Part shown: in pieces, positions 29,099-37,362 of the stretch
Layout of the letters: each line of letters opens with the position of its first letter
Numbering within the stretch: the stretch's first letter is position 1
Origin: Deltaproteobacteria bacterium
GTDB lineage: Bacteria; Myxococcota; Kuafuiibacteriia; Kuafuiibacteriales; Kuafuiibacteriaceae
Assembly (NCBI GenBank): GCA_040218735.1
Contig: JAVJQW010000058.1
Coordinates: 1-64,000 of the forward strand
Length of the DNA stretch: 64,000 nt
Direction of reading: 5' to 3'
Translations under genes and position numbers: made by a program
Notes under the pieces: generated by a model
Databases searched by the model: none
Told to the model about the DNA's origin: nothing
What the model saw: only the letters and a program-made list of their open reading frames with translations

Positions 29099-30700
29099 TC
29101 AGCGGTCGATCGCGGGAGCGAGGTCGGCGTTCGGGTCCGCGAGGAGCGCGTCGATCTTCGCGCGGAGGCGCCGGAACACGTAGGTGTTGGCGGAGGTCAC
29201 CGGGCGAACACCCGACGGTTCGGGCGCGACGTAGGTGAACATGATGCCCCGCAGGTCTCGGCTGCGATCGTAGAACGGCGAAGTGCCCCAGGCGCCCGGG
29301 CTCACCAGCGCTTCGACGACGCCGTCGGACTCGGCCATGACCCACGCGCCGAAGCCGTACCGCAGGGTGTCGTTGCCGTTCGGGTAGAGCGAGCCGCCCG
29401 TCGGCGTTCCGTCGAGCCATCGGCTGCAGTCGTCCGGGGCGTCGCCGTCGCCGTATGGCTCGGTTCCGCAGTTGGGCCACGGTGACGCGAAGATCGGTGT
29501 CCGGTTCGGGGCGCCATCGATCGGATCGAGGTGGAAGCGGAACAGATCCGCGATCGACTCCGCGGAGAGCACGACCACGTCGCCACATCGGCCGCCGTTG
29601 CGGATCATGTCGAGGAACTTCAGGTAGTCGTCGGCGGTCGTCTGCGCGCCGCCCGCGACGGCCGGGTTGTTCGGGTAGTAGGCGTCGTAGGTCGTGTCGT
29701 TCATCGCGCAGGGGCCGAAGAGCTTCTCGTCAGCGAGCTCGAGCCAGTCGTACGTGTCGCCGTAGGCGCTCAGGATCGCGAGCCCCGCGACGTGCATCGC
29801 CTTGCCGTCGTAGCCGACCATCGTCCCGCCTTCGAACGCCATCGGCACCGGCCCGGTCGTCAGGCCGTTGCCCGGATCGACGTCGCTGTTTCGGATCATC
29901 TCCACCGAGGCCTCGTGCGTGAGCCTGCGCAGCGTGTGGTAACGGTGCGCGCTGTAGAGGCCCGACGACATCGAGAACGCCTGGCGGAACGTGATGTCCT
30001 CGCGTCGTGGTCCGTTCCCGTCGAGCGCGGGTGCGGCGAAGCCGGGGAGGTGTCGTTGCATCGGATCGTCGAGTTGGATCCGCCCTTCGTCGCGCGCGAT
30101 GAGCGTGAGGACTGCGGCGAACCACTTGGTCGCCGACGCGAGCGGCTGCCGCGTCGTCGCGACGTCGAAGCCGCCCCACGTGCGTTCGAGGACGCGGCGC
30201 CCGCGGTGCTGAACGACCAGCGCGAGCTGCGGTTGGTACGGGGCAGCGCCGTCTTCGTCGTAGGCGTCGATCATGCGCTCACCCGCGGCGCCGGCGGTGA
30301 GCTCCGCGATCAGATCGTCGAAGTAGCTGTCGACGTGGACAGTCAGGCGCGCCCGCGCGGAGCTGTTGCCGCTGCGCACGACGTAGCGCACTTCGAGCAC
30401 ACCCGTGAAGCCGGCCGGAGGCTCGACGAGCAGCTGCTGTTCGCTGATCTGAACCGTTGCTCCCGGAACGTTGGTCGTCGCGGACGTGAGCGTCAGGCTG
30501 CGACGACCGCGCGCGCGATCGTTGGCGAGCACGTCGACGAGCACGGCTTGGCCGGGCCGCGCCGCGAGCACGATGTCGTCGCGCGTGATCGGCTGCGCTC
30601 TCGTGGCGTGTTGTTCATCGACGGCGTCGACGTCGTCGGACGGCGGCGCGCACGCGTGCACCGCAAGGGCGAGGAGCAGAGGAAGGCAGCGTCGGGTCAT
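29099..30700 (-). CDS. Serine hydrolase (beta-lactamase class C-like) lipoprotein with N-terminal Ig/cadherin-like domain
   Basis: Lipobox VHAC; DVLAND Ig motif; ASATK (SxxK), SMSSGL, GYDG, SPGAWG. Confidence 0.85.
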   Translation of the reverse strand: MTRRCLPLLLALAVHACAPPSDDVDAVDEQHATRAQPITRDDIVLAARPGQAVLVDVLANDRARGRRSLTLTSATTNVPGATVQISEQQLLVEPPAGFTGVLEVRYVVRSGNSSARARLTVHVDSYFDDLIAELTAGAAGERMIDAYDEDGAAPYQPQLALVVQHRGRRVLERTWGGFDVATTRQPLASATKWFAAVLTLIARDEGRIQLDDPMQRHLPGFAAPALDGNGPRREDITFRQAFSMSSGLYSAHRYHTLRRLTHEASVEMIRNSDVDPGNGLTTGPVPMAFEGGTMVGYDGKAMHVAGLAILSAYGDTYDWLELADEKLFGPCAMNDTTYDAYYPNNPAVAGGAQTTADDYLKFLDMIRNGGRCGDVVVLSAESIADLFRFHLDPIDGAPNRTPIFASPWPNCGTEPYGDGDAPDDCSRWLDGTPTGGSLYPNGNDTLRYGFGAWVMAESDGVVEALVSPGAWGTSPFYDRSRDLRGIMFTYVAPEPSGVRPVTSANTYVFRRLRAKIDALLADPNADLAPAIDR

Positions 30701-30804
30701 GTTTCGTTGGACCGTTCGCAGTGTGCAAACGTGCCGAAAAACGTGCCTGCGGACACTTGTCCGCACATCGCTTCGCGTGGTTCGAAGGCGTCGCGGACTG
30801 TCGT

Positions 30805-31815
30805 CTACAGCGGCTTCCACTTCGCGCCGTCGACGCCGGGCGGGTCGACGGCGACGATGTACTCGGCGCGGCGGTTCCTCACTTCGTCGGTCTCGTCGGG
30901 GGTCTGCACCGCGAGCACGTCCTCGCCGAAGCCGGCGTAGAGGACGGGGATCTTCAGCCCACGCCGCTTGAACCACCCGCCGATCGCGCGCGCGCGTGCT
31001 TTGGAGAGCGCGCGATTGGACGCGGCGTCGCCGACGGTGTCGGTGTGGCCGGCGATGAAGAGCCGGACCTCGGCGAGCTTGCCGTACTTGTCGACGGCGG
31101 CCCGGATCAGCTTGAAGCTCCCCTCCAGCTTTTCGATCTCGGGTTTGTCGATGTCCGACTTGCCGCTCCTGAAGTTGACCTCTTCGTGCGGGATGTCGAC
31201 CTGCCACGGGAAGAGATCCACGCCGCCGAAGAAGCCGTCCTCGTCCCAGCCCTTCACCGCGACGCGCAGGACCGTCCCCTTGCGGCGCTCGAAGTCGACG
31301 ACGTACTTGCCGTCCGCACCCGCCGACACTTCGGTCTCGGTGGTGCCGAGCGGCGTGCCGGTGTCGGCCATCAGCGAGACCTGCACCTTCGCGAGCGGGC
31401 GCGACGCGGAGATCGCGAGGCGTTTGTCGTCGAGCTTCACGTCGTCCTTCGCGATGGTCAGCTCGAGCTGCGGGAGCAGGGACACCTCCACGTCGAGGGG
31501 CATCGATCCCGACTGCCCGTTGCCGAGCTCGACGGCGATCGTCCCGGCGAAGCGGGCCGTGCCGACCTTCTTCATCGGCAGCGCGAACTCGTGGGCGCGT
31601 CCGGCGTAGATCGGTCCGGCGGTGTCGCGGATCCGTTTGCCGTCGGTGCTGCGCTTCAGATCGATCGTGACCTTCTTCAGCTCGGTCTGTGCTTTGACGA
31701 CGAGCTGCGGCTGACCCTGACCCTTCTGGGCCTTGGGCACGAGGTCGACCTTGAGCGCATCTTGCGCGGACGCGGTCGCGGGGACGAGCAGGCAGAGGAG
31801 GGCGAGCCGGCGCAC
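30805..31815 (-). CDS. OmpA-family peptidoglycan-binding protein
   Basis: GHTDTVG...NRALSKARA...GFGE...NRRAE; GTG start approximate. Confidence 0.88.
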   Translation of the reverse strand: MRRLALLCLLVPATASAQDALKVDLVPKAQKGQGQPQLVVKAQTELKKVTIDLKRSTDGKRIRDTAGPIYAGRAHEFALPMKKVGTARFAGTIAVELGNGQSGSMPLDVEVSLLPQLELTIAKDDVKLDDKRLAISASRPLAKVQVSLMADTGTPLGTTETEVSAGADGKYVVDFERRKGTVLRVAVKGWDEDGFFGGVDLFPWQVDIPHEEVNFRSGKSDIDKPEIEKLEGSFKLIRAAVDKYGKLAEVRLFIAGHTDTVGDAASNRALSKARARAIGGWFKRRGLKIPVLYAGFGEDVLAVQTPDETDEVRNRRAEYIVAVDPPGVDGAKWKPL

Positions 31816-31923
31816 GCGGTCCACGTACGCCGTGCGCCTGCGGGCGGGCAACGTTCGTCACGCGAAATGAGGGGTCCCCCGCTTTTCGAGGCGGTGTCGG
31901 ACTTCGTATGCTCCGTGGCCATC

Positions 31924-32403
31924 ATGGTCCGCTCGGCCGCAACCCGTCTCCTCTGGCTCGGTCTCCTGGTCGCCGTCGCGATGCTCGTCCCGCCGCGACC
32001 GAACGCGGGTGCGTGTAAGGCGGGTCCCTCCGAGCAGGCGCCGACCGGGCTCGAGGCCGACGCGTCGGGCCCCAGCGCGCCGAAGATCATCTCCGTGGTG
32101 CGGGTGCGTCCGGCGTCGCAAGTCGGGTGTCAGTGTCGGCCCGAGTGCGTCGACGCGGTGAAGATCGAGTACACGCTCGAGACGACCGCGCAGCGCATCT
32201 ACATCACGGCTGCGAACAAGGCGTTCTACGTGCAGCGCGCCGAGGACACGCCGGACGACGCGGCGCGTTTCTACCTCGGGCCGGGTGAGTTTCCGGGCGG
32301 AGCCCCGCGTCGGTTCTCGATCGCGACGGTGGACGAGGCGGGGAACCTCTCGCAGAGCGCCGAGGCGGTCTACGACGAGGACCAGGAAGCCGAGATTCGC
32401 TGA
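31924..32403 (+). CDS. Hypothetical exported protein
   Basis: Hydrophobic N-terminus; C-terminal VDEAGNLS (FN3/Ig-like end). Confidence 0.6.
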   Translation: MVRSAATRLLWLGLLVAVAMLVPPRPNAGACKAGPSEQAPTGLEADASGPSAPKIISVVRVRPASQVGCQCRPECVDAVKIEYTLETTAQRIYITAANKAFYVQRAEDTPDDAARFYLGPGEFPGGAPRRFSIATVDEAGNLSQSAEAVYDEDQEAEIR

Positions 32404-32404
32404 A

Positions 32405-32890
32405 TCAGACCTGGGTGTTCATCGTCTGCTTGATCGTCGCGGTGGCCTTCTCGACCACCTTCGACGTCAGCTCGAGCTCTTGCGTGAAGCGGTAGACACC
32501 CGCCTGCATGGCGAGCAGCTCCGGCGTCGAGAAGTTTCGGCCGGACAAGGAGAGGTTGATGATCTCCTCGAGTTTGTTCTGCCCCTGCATCACGTCTTCC
32601 ATGATGCGCTGCAGCCCGCTCGCGAGCGGCTTCGTGTCGATCGAGTTACCGATCGCCGGCGGCGCGACCTGCGCGGTGCGCGCGGCGCGCAGCACGTCCG
32701 TCGAGCCCGGGTCGTTGATGCGGGCTTCTTGAACCTCGCCGACACGCTGGGAGTTCAGTACGTTGTTGAACTCGACGTTCGGCGTCTCCTGCGCCTGGGC
32801 GAGCTGGTCGGCCTGCTTCATCGCAGACTCGACCTCTTTCATCATCTCTTCGGCAACCTTCGCGGCGCCGCTGCTCAGGGGATCGGCCAT
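32405..32890 (-). CDS. sctI: Type III secretion inner-rod-like protein (SctI/YscI/HrpB2 family)
   Basis: C-terminus PELLAMQAGVYRFTQELELTSKVVEKATATIKQTMNTQV matches the rod-family amphipathic helix. Confidence 0.75.
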   Translation of the reverse strand: MADPLSSGAAKVAEEMMKEVESAMKQADQLAQAQETPNVEFNNVLNSQRVGEVQEARINDPGSTDVLRAARTAQVAPPAIGNSIDTKPLASGLQRIMEDVMQGQNKLEEIINLSLSGRNFSTPELLAMQAGVYRFTQELELTSKVVEKATATIKQTMNTQV

Positions 32891-32957
32891 GGTCTTCTCC
32901 TCGACCGGGGGTGCGGGTCCGACCGCAAACCGGGGTCTTCTCGTTCTCGATCCGTGG

Positions 32958-32986
32958 TTATCGGCCCGGCGGCCCGGTTTGTTGCG
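32958..32986 (-). promoter_or_regulatory. sigma28-type promoter for sctI: CGCAAC-N15-GCCGATAA
   Basis: Perfect GCCGATAA -10 box overlapping the sigma gene stop codon; same -35 and spacing as the promoter at 34863. Confidence 0.75.
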
Positions 32987-33911
32987 AGGATCTTGCCCGG
33001 GTCGGGTCGTGTTTCGGCGTGAAGCCGTCCGCGTCGGAGTACTCGGTGACGAGCTCCTTCAGCAATCTCGACAGCTTACTGATCGCGCGGGTGTGCAGAC
33101 GGGACGTCCAGCTCTTCGACAATCCGAGGTGTTTGCCGACCTCTTCGAGCGACATCTCCTTGTAGTAGTACAGTTCGAGCAGGGTCTTCTCCTGCTCCGG
33201 GAGCTTGCCGACGGCCTCCGCCACCAGCTGCCGCGCCTCCATCATCTCCATCGACTCCTCGATGGTCGGGCCGCGGTCGTCCTTCACCTGGAAGCCCTCC
33301 ATGGCGTCCAGGGCGGTGACGTAGATCGTGACGAGGCCTTCGACGACGTTCGCGAGCTCACCGACCTCGTCGTCGTCGCTCTTCTTCACCCCGGAGGGCA
33401 CGCCGAGCTGCTGCTCGTGGACGTTGTTGAGGAACGAGTTCGCGTGCTGCTCGAAGCGGTAGCGCTGGTACTCGGTCCGGCTCACCCAGCCCATGCCACG
33501 CAGGCCGTCGTAGATCGCGCCGCGGATGCGGTAGTACGCGAAGGTCATGAAGTTCGCGCCGTACTTGGCGTCGAACCGGTCCGCGGCCTCGAACAGACCG
33601 AGCATCCCGTAGCTCACCAGGTCGTCGAACTCGATGTCCTTCGACAGGGTCTTCTTGATCTTGCCCGCGATCGACCGGACGTACGGCATGTACTGCTCGG
33701 CCAGCTGCTTCCTGGACATGTTCTTGTCCGGGGCGGGCAGCGACTTGAAGCTCTTCTTGGGCTTGCCGTTCTTGTCGTCGGCGTTCTTGTCGTCCGAGGC
33801 GTCCTTCGCCTTCACGTCCGCACGCGGCTCGGGCCGACGACCCGGACCCGGGCGTCGACGCGGCGTGGGGCGCGAAGGTTTCTTCGGCGCAGCTTTGGTC
33901 TCGTTCGACAA
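32958..33911 (-). CDS. FliA/WhiG-family (sigma28) RNA polymerase sigma factor
   Basis: DDLVSYGMLGLFEAADRFD, FMTFAYYRIRGAIYDGLR, LYYYKEMSLEEVG...SWTSRLH. Confidence 0.92.
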   Translation of the reverse strand: MSNETKAAPKKPSRPTPRRRPGPGRRPEPRADVKAKDASDDKNADDKNGKPKKSFKSLPAPDKNMSRKQLAEQYMPYVRSIAGKIKKTLSKDIEFDDLVSYGMLGLFEAADRFDAKYGANFMTFAYYRIRGAIYDGLRGMGWVSRTEYQRYRFEQHANSFLNNVHEQQLGVPSGVKKSDDDEVGELANVVEGLVTIYVTALDAMEGFQVKDDRGPTIEESMEMMEARQLVAEAVGKLPEQEKTLLELYYYKEMSLEEVGKHLGLSKSWTSRLHTRAISKLSRLLKELVTEYSDADGFTPKHDPTRARSSQQTGPPGR

Positions 33912-33912
33912 A

Positions 33913-34350
33913 TCAGCCCTTCGCCGCCAGCTTCTTGAACTGCGTCTGGAGTCGCTTCGCCAGCACGGGATCGCTGTCGAACAGCTCGGTCACGGCCTCT
34001 TCGAGCATCTCCTCGCTCGTCTGCTCGTCTTCGTCGTCGTCCTTCTTCTTCTTCTTGCGCTTCTTGAACTGCGGGAAGCGCTCCTCGATGACGAGGCCGA
34101 CGAACTCGCGGGTGGCCTCCTTCTGCGTGAGGGCGCCGTTGCTGAGCTTCTTCGCGATCTCGCGCGCCTTGCCCGTCAGCTGCGACTGCGCGGTTTTCTT
34201 CGACTGCTGCGTGCGCGCGGCGTCCGTGCCCTGCGCGGCCGCCTGCTGCACCTTGCTCGCGAAGTCGGACTTGTTCGTCTGCTGCGTTTGCTGCGTCTGC
34301 TGTGTCTGGGGCGGAACGATGGGTCCGCCGCCTCCTCCGATGCGCGGCAT
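33913..34350 (-). CDS. Hypothetical protein directly upstream of the sigma factor; possible anti-sigma or T3S substrate
   Basis: Low-complexity N-terminus with (QQT)3, helical C-terminus, Lys tract followed by acidic tract. Confidence 0.7.
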   Translation of the reverse strand: MPRIGGGGGPIVPPQTQQTQQTQQTNKSDFASKVQQAAAQGTDAARTQQSKKTAQSQLTGKAREIAKKLSNGALTQKEATREFVGLVIEERFPQFKKRKKKKKDDDEDEQTSEEMLEEAVTELFDSDPVLAKRLQTQFKKLAAKG

Positions 34351-34352
34351 GG

Positions 34353-34766
34353 TCAGATCACCTCGGCCGCCATCGCGTCGAGCAGGCTCGACGCGAACTG
34401 TGCGGCGTCCCCTTCGGGATCCATCTCGATGGCCCGCTCGAGCGCCTTCTTGGCGTCGGCGGGTTTCTTCATGAACAGGAGCGTCTCGCCCTCGTGGGCC
34501 TTCGCGAGCGCGCTCTCGGGGTTCCGCTTCAGCGCTTCGCGTTGGTACTTGAGCGCGCGGTCGAACCGGCCCTGGGCGAAGAAGAGGTTGCCGAGGCAGA
34601 TGAGCGGGACGTCGGAGTGCGGTACGAGCGCCGCGACGCCGGCGAAGATCTCCTCCGCCTCCTTGTTCTTCTGCATCTCGAGGTAGAGGTAGCCGGACTC
34701 CAACAGGAGCGCGACCTCACCCTGGGGTACCTCGATCAGCCCTGGGACCATGACCTGGTCGGACAT
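34353..34766 (-). CDS. Small TPR protein, T3S chaperone-like
   Basis: About 3 TPR motifs (LLLESGYLY, LGNLFFAQG, HEGETLLF); about 137 aa. Confidence 0.8.
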   Translation of the reverse strand: MSDQVMVPGLIEVPQGEVALLLESGYLYLEMQKNKEAEEIFAGVAALVPHSDVPLICLGNLFFAQGRFDRALKYQREALKRNPESALAKAHEGETLLFMKKPADAKKALERAIEMDPEGDAAQFASSLLDAMAAEVI

Positions 34767-34862
34767 CTCCCCTGAGCTTACCTCCGCCCGCCCCCAAACG
34801 TCCAACAAACCCACGCATTTGGGGCGGCCGCCCGGGCCGCGAGATTTTTTTTCGTTTTTCGA

Positions 34863-34891
34863 CGCAACGCCGGCCCGGCGGTCACCGATAA
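34863..34891 (+). promoter_or_regulatory. sigma28-type promoter: CGCAAC-N15-ACCGATAA, with upstream T-tract (34844-34859)
   Basis: Ends 75 bp before ATG 34967; twin of the sctI promoter. Confidence 0.75.
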
Positions 34892-34966
34892 GAAACGACG
34901 AATCGATGAAAGGATAAGTGGGGAGTGCCATGCCCCGTCGCAGGGCGCCCCACCTAAAGGAAGACC

Positions 34967-35617
34967 ATGGACCAGAACAACTCGATCCGCAGCGGTTCCG
35001 TACGGTTGAGCACCGTCGCGACCACCACCCGTCAGACCCCCAAGACCGACTTCGGCTCGGTGATGCGCAACGGCCTCATCCGAACCGGCCAGGTCGTCAC
35101 CGAAGGCCTCCGCGTCGCGGCCCCGTTCATCCCGGGCGGCGCGATCGTCTCCGCGGCCCTCGCGGGCGCCAACTCGGCGGCCGGGATGGCTGGCCCGTCC
35201 TACGCCCGTAGTGGCGGTGGCGGCGGCGGCGCCTACGGCTCGTCCGTGAGCGGCCTCGCCTCGGTCGGCGGCAACGGCCCCGGCGTCAGCTCCGGCGGCG
35301 CGGGCACCAGCAGCGGCGTCCTCGGGCTCCCCGGCCAGTCGCCGGGTCTGTCGACGAACCTGTCGGCGTCCCCGTCCAACTTCGCGGGCGCGGCCAGCAC
35401 CCAGGCCGTCGCGGGCGCGGGCGCGGGTTCGACCGACGCCTTCAACCAGATGATGTCGGCCACGCGCCAGATGTCGGAGTTCCAGGCGAGCTTCAACCTG
35501 CAGTACCTGCAGCTGCAGCAGAAGATTCAGATCGACACGCGGCAGTTCAACTTGATCTCCAACATCATGAAGACCAAGCACGACGCCGCGAAGAACGCGC
35601 TGAACAACGTCCGCTGA
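34967..35617 (+). CDS. Needle/filament-like protein (SctF-like C-terminus) with Gly/Ser-rich N-terminal extension
   Basis: C-terminus SFNLQYLQLQQKIQIDTRQFNLISNIMKTKHDAAKNALNNVR resembles the needle-subunit C-helix. Confidence 0.6.
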   Translation: MDQNNSIRSGSVRLSTVATTTRQTPKTDFGSVMRNGLIRTGQVVTEGLRVAAPFIPGGAIVSAALAGANSAAGMAGPSYARSGGGGGGAYGSSVSGLASVGGNGPGVSSGGAGTSSGVLGLPGQSPGLSTNLSASPSNFAGAASTQAVAGAGAGSTDAFNQMMSATRQMSEFQASFNLQYLQLQQKIQIDTRQFNLISNIMKTKHDAAKNALNNVR

Positions 35618-35775
35618 GTCTTGGGCCGCTATCGGCGAGGCCAGCTCGCCTGCGGCCCGACCGTCGGCTGCCCGCTCGCCCCTTTCGGGGGCCGGGCGAG
35701 CTCAGCCTGCGATGGCTCTTCGGCTCGACGGGCCCTGGCTTCGGCCGTGGTCCAACCCGAATCTCGGGCCCGTCA

Positions 35776-36114
35776 TCACTCCCCGGAGGGCGACTGCATC
35801 GCGGACTTCGTCTCGAAGAGGTATTCGAACAGGTCCGCGGTGCGCTCGTACGCTCCCATCGCTCGTTTCGCGGCGGCCTTCGCCTTCATGTCCCCCGACG
35901 CCGCCAGCTCTTCCAGCTGCTCGTAGGAGCTGCGCAGCTCCTCCGCGAGGTCCTCGATCGAGCCGCCTTCGAGCCGCTGCTCGATCGCGGGGAAGCCGAC
36001 GGACGCCTCCTCGGGCTCCGGCTCGGCCTCGGGCTTCGCCTTCTTGAAGTTGCGAACCTCGGGGCGGCGCATGTCGCCGATCTTGAAGCTGCCGAGGTCG
36101 TCTTCGTTGGTCAT
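35776..36114 (-). CDS. Small acidic helical hypothetical protein
   Basis: 112 aa, natural composition. Confidence 0.7.
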   Translation of the reverse strand: MTNEDDLGSFKIGDMRRPEVRNFKKAKPEAEPEPEEASVGFPAIEQRLEGGSIEDLAEELRSSYEQLEELAASGDMKAKAAAKRAMGAYERTADLFEYLFETKSAMQSPSGE

Positions 36115-36167
36115 GGGCGGGGATCGTTATTCCATCGCCCGCGCAGCCGCGCAAGACAGAGGGGGCT

Positions 36168-36617
36168 TCAGTCCGCGCGGAGGGGGTCGGTGCCCATGCA
36201 GAACTCTTCGATGTTCGAGCGCGTGTCGGCGTCGGCGTCGAGCTCGGTGAAGACGCGGTCGGCGGGGAACTCGACGCGGACCTGCTCGCGGGTCTCGTTA
36301 CGGAGATCGAGGCGCGCGATGACCGTCGCGAGCTCGAGCTCGGTCGTGGGGGTCGGGAAGTAGAAGTAGATCAGGCGGAAGTCGCGGATCTCGCCGGTCG
36401 GCACCGGCTTGCAGACGCCGGTGACGGTGCGGTCCGCGTTCACCTGCAGCGGACAGATCCCCGGCACGCCGCTGACTTCGAGCCGCGCCATCATCCCCGG
36501 GACGTCGCACTGCAGCGCGTGCATCTGAAAGCCGATCGCCATCGCCGGCTCTTCGTCCCCGGGCTCCCCGCCGCAGGCGGCGAGCGCGAGGAGCGCCGCG
36601 AACATCGTCTTCTTCAT
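36168..36617 (-). CDS. Hypothetical lipoprotein
   Basis: MKKTMFAALLALAAC; RBS GGAGG. Confidence 0.75.
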   Translation of the reverse strand: MKKTMFAALLALAACGGEPGDEEPAMAIGFQMHALQCDVPGMMARLEVSGVPGICPLQVNADRTVTGVCKPVPTGEIRDFRLIYFYFPTPTTELELATVIARLDLRNETREQVRVEFPADRVFTELDADADTRSNIEEFCMGTDPLRAD

Positions 36618-36654
36618 CACAGTCCCTCCGCTCACAATCTCTCGACCCAACGCA

Positions 36655-37362
36655 TCACGGCAGCCTCGCGGTCGGGTCGGGGCCGGTGACCTCGACCTCG
36701 ACGAAGTCCACCGGGCTCGAGCTCCGCGTCAGGAGCACCGTCGCGACGATTCCGCCCGTCACGGCGAGGCCGATCCCGGTCCAGAACCACCACTGGCCGG
36801 CGAGCCCGTCGTCGTCCTCTTCCTCCCACGGGTCCTCGGTCGTCACCAGGTTCGGCGGCGGCGGAGGCGGAGGGGGCGGGGCCGGCGGCGGCGTCAGATC
36901 CTCGACCGGCGGTGGGGGCGGTGGCGCCTTCTCGTCGTACACCGCGATCGGGATCGGATTCTCCGGCGTGCCCTCGCGCGCCGGGCCGTTGCCTTCCTGG
37001 TCGAACGCCTCGAGGAAGTACTCGAGCGGTCCGGTGACTTCGGAGGCGGGGATGAGCGCCACCCAGCCTTCCTCGCCCTTCTCCATCTCCACCGTCGTGA
37101 ACTCGGCGGCGCCGTGCTGACGGTAGTAGAGCGTCGGGGCGAAGACGCCGCTCTTGTCCTCGAACCGTGCGCGGATCTGCACGGCCTGGGAGCGCGGCGT
37201 CTGCATGAGCTTCACATGCACGATGCGCGGCGGCTTCGTGTCGCGCCGCCGTTTCTTCTTCGCGTGCACGGTCGTGCCCACGGACGACACCGCGACCACC
37301 AGGCACATCGCGAGGACGCGACGCCAGGTGGGGCGGTGCGAGGTCAGTTCTTCGGGTTCCAT
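36655..37362 (-). CDS. Exported protein with Pro-rich linker and WWFW-led TM segment
   Basis: DTKPPRIVH Ig-like domain, poly-Pro, WWFWTGIGLAV; start overlaps the kinase 3' end. Confidence 0.7.
   Translation of the reverse strand: MEPEELTSHRPTWRRVLAMCLVVAVSSVGTTVHAKKKRRRDTKPPRIVHVKLMQTPRSQAVQIRARFEDKSGVFAPTLYYRQHGAAEFTTVEMEKGEEGWVALIPASEVTGPLEYFLEAFDQEGNGPAREGTPENPIPIAVYDEKAPPPPPPVEDLTPPPAPPPPPPPPPNLVTTEDPWEEEDDDGLAGQWWFWTGIGLAVTGGIVATVLLTRSSSPVDFVEVEVTGPDPTARLP

Noticed and set aside
30727-30747. AAACGTGCC direct repeat / sigma54 site upstream of the serine hydrolase
   Set aside because: No correctly spaced GC at -12; the repeat is too short to support on its own.
27390-31861. Apparent giant ORFs 27390..29588 and 29099..31861 (likewise 41613..43025, 42251..43864, 46981..50091)
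   Set aside because: Only the 3' parts are protein-like; the 5' parts overlap real genes in other frames, so starts were trimmed.
32958-33911. Flagellar gene cluster implied by a fliA-like sigma
   Set aside because: No flagellin, hook, motor or flhF/flhG neighbours; the context is SctI/SctF-like.
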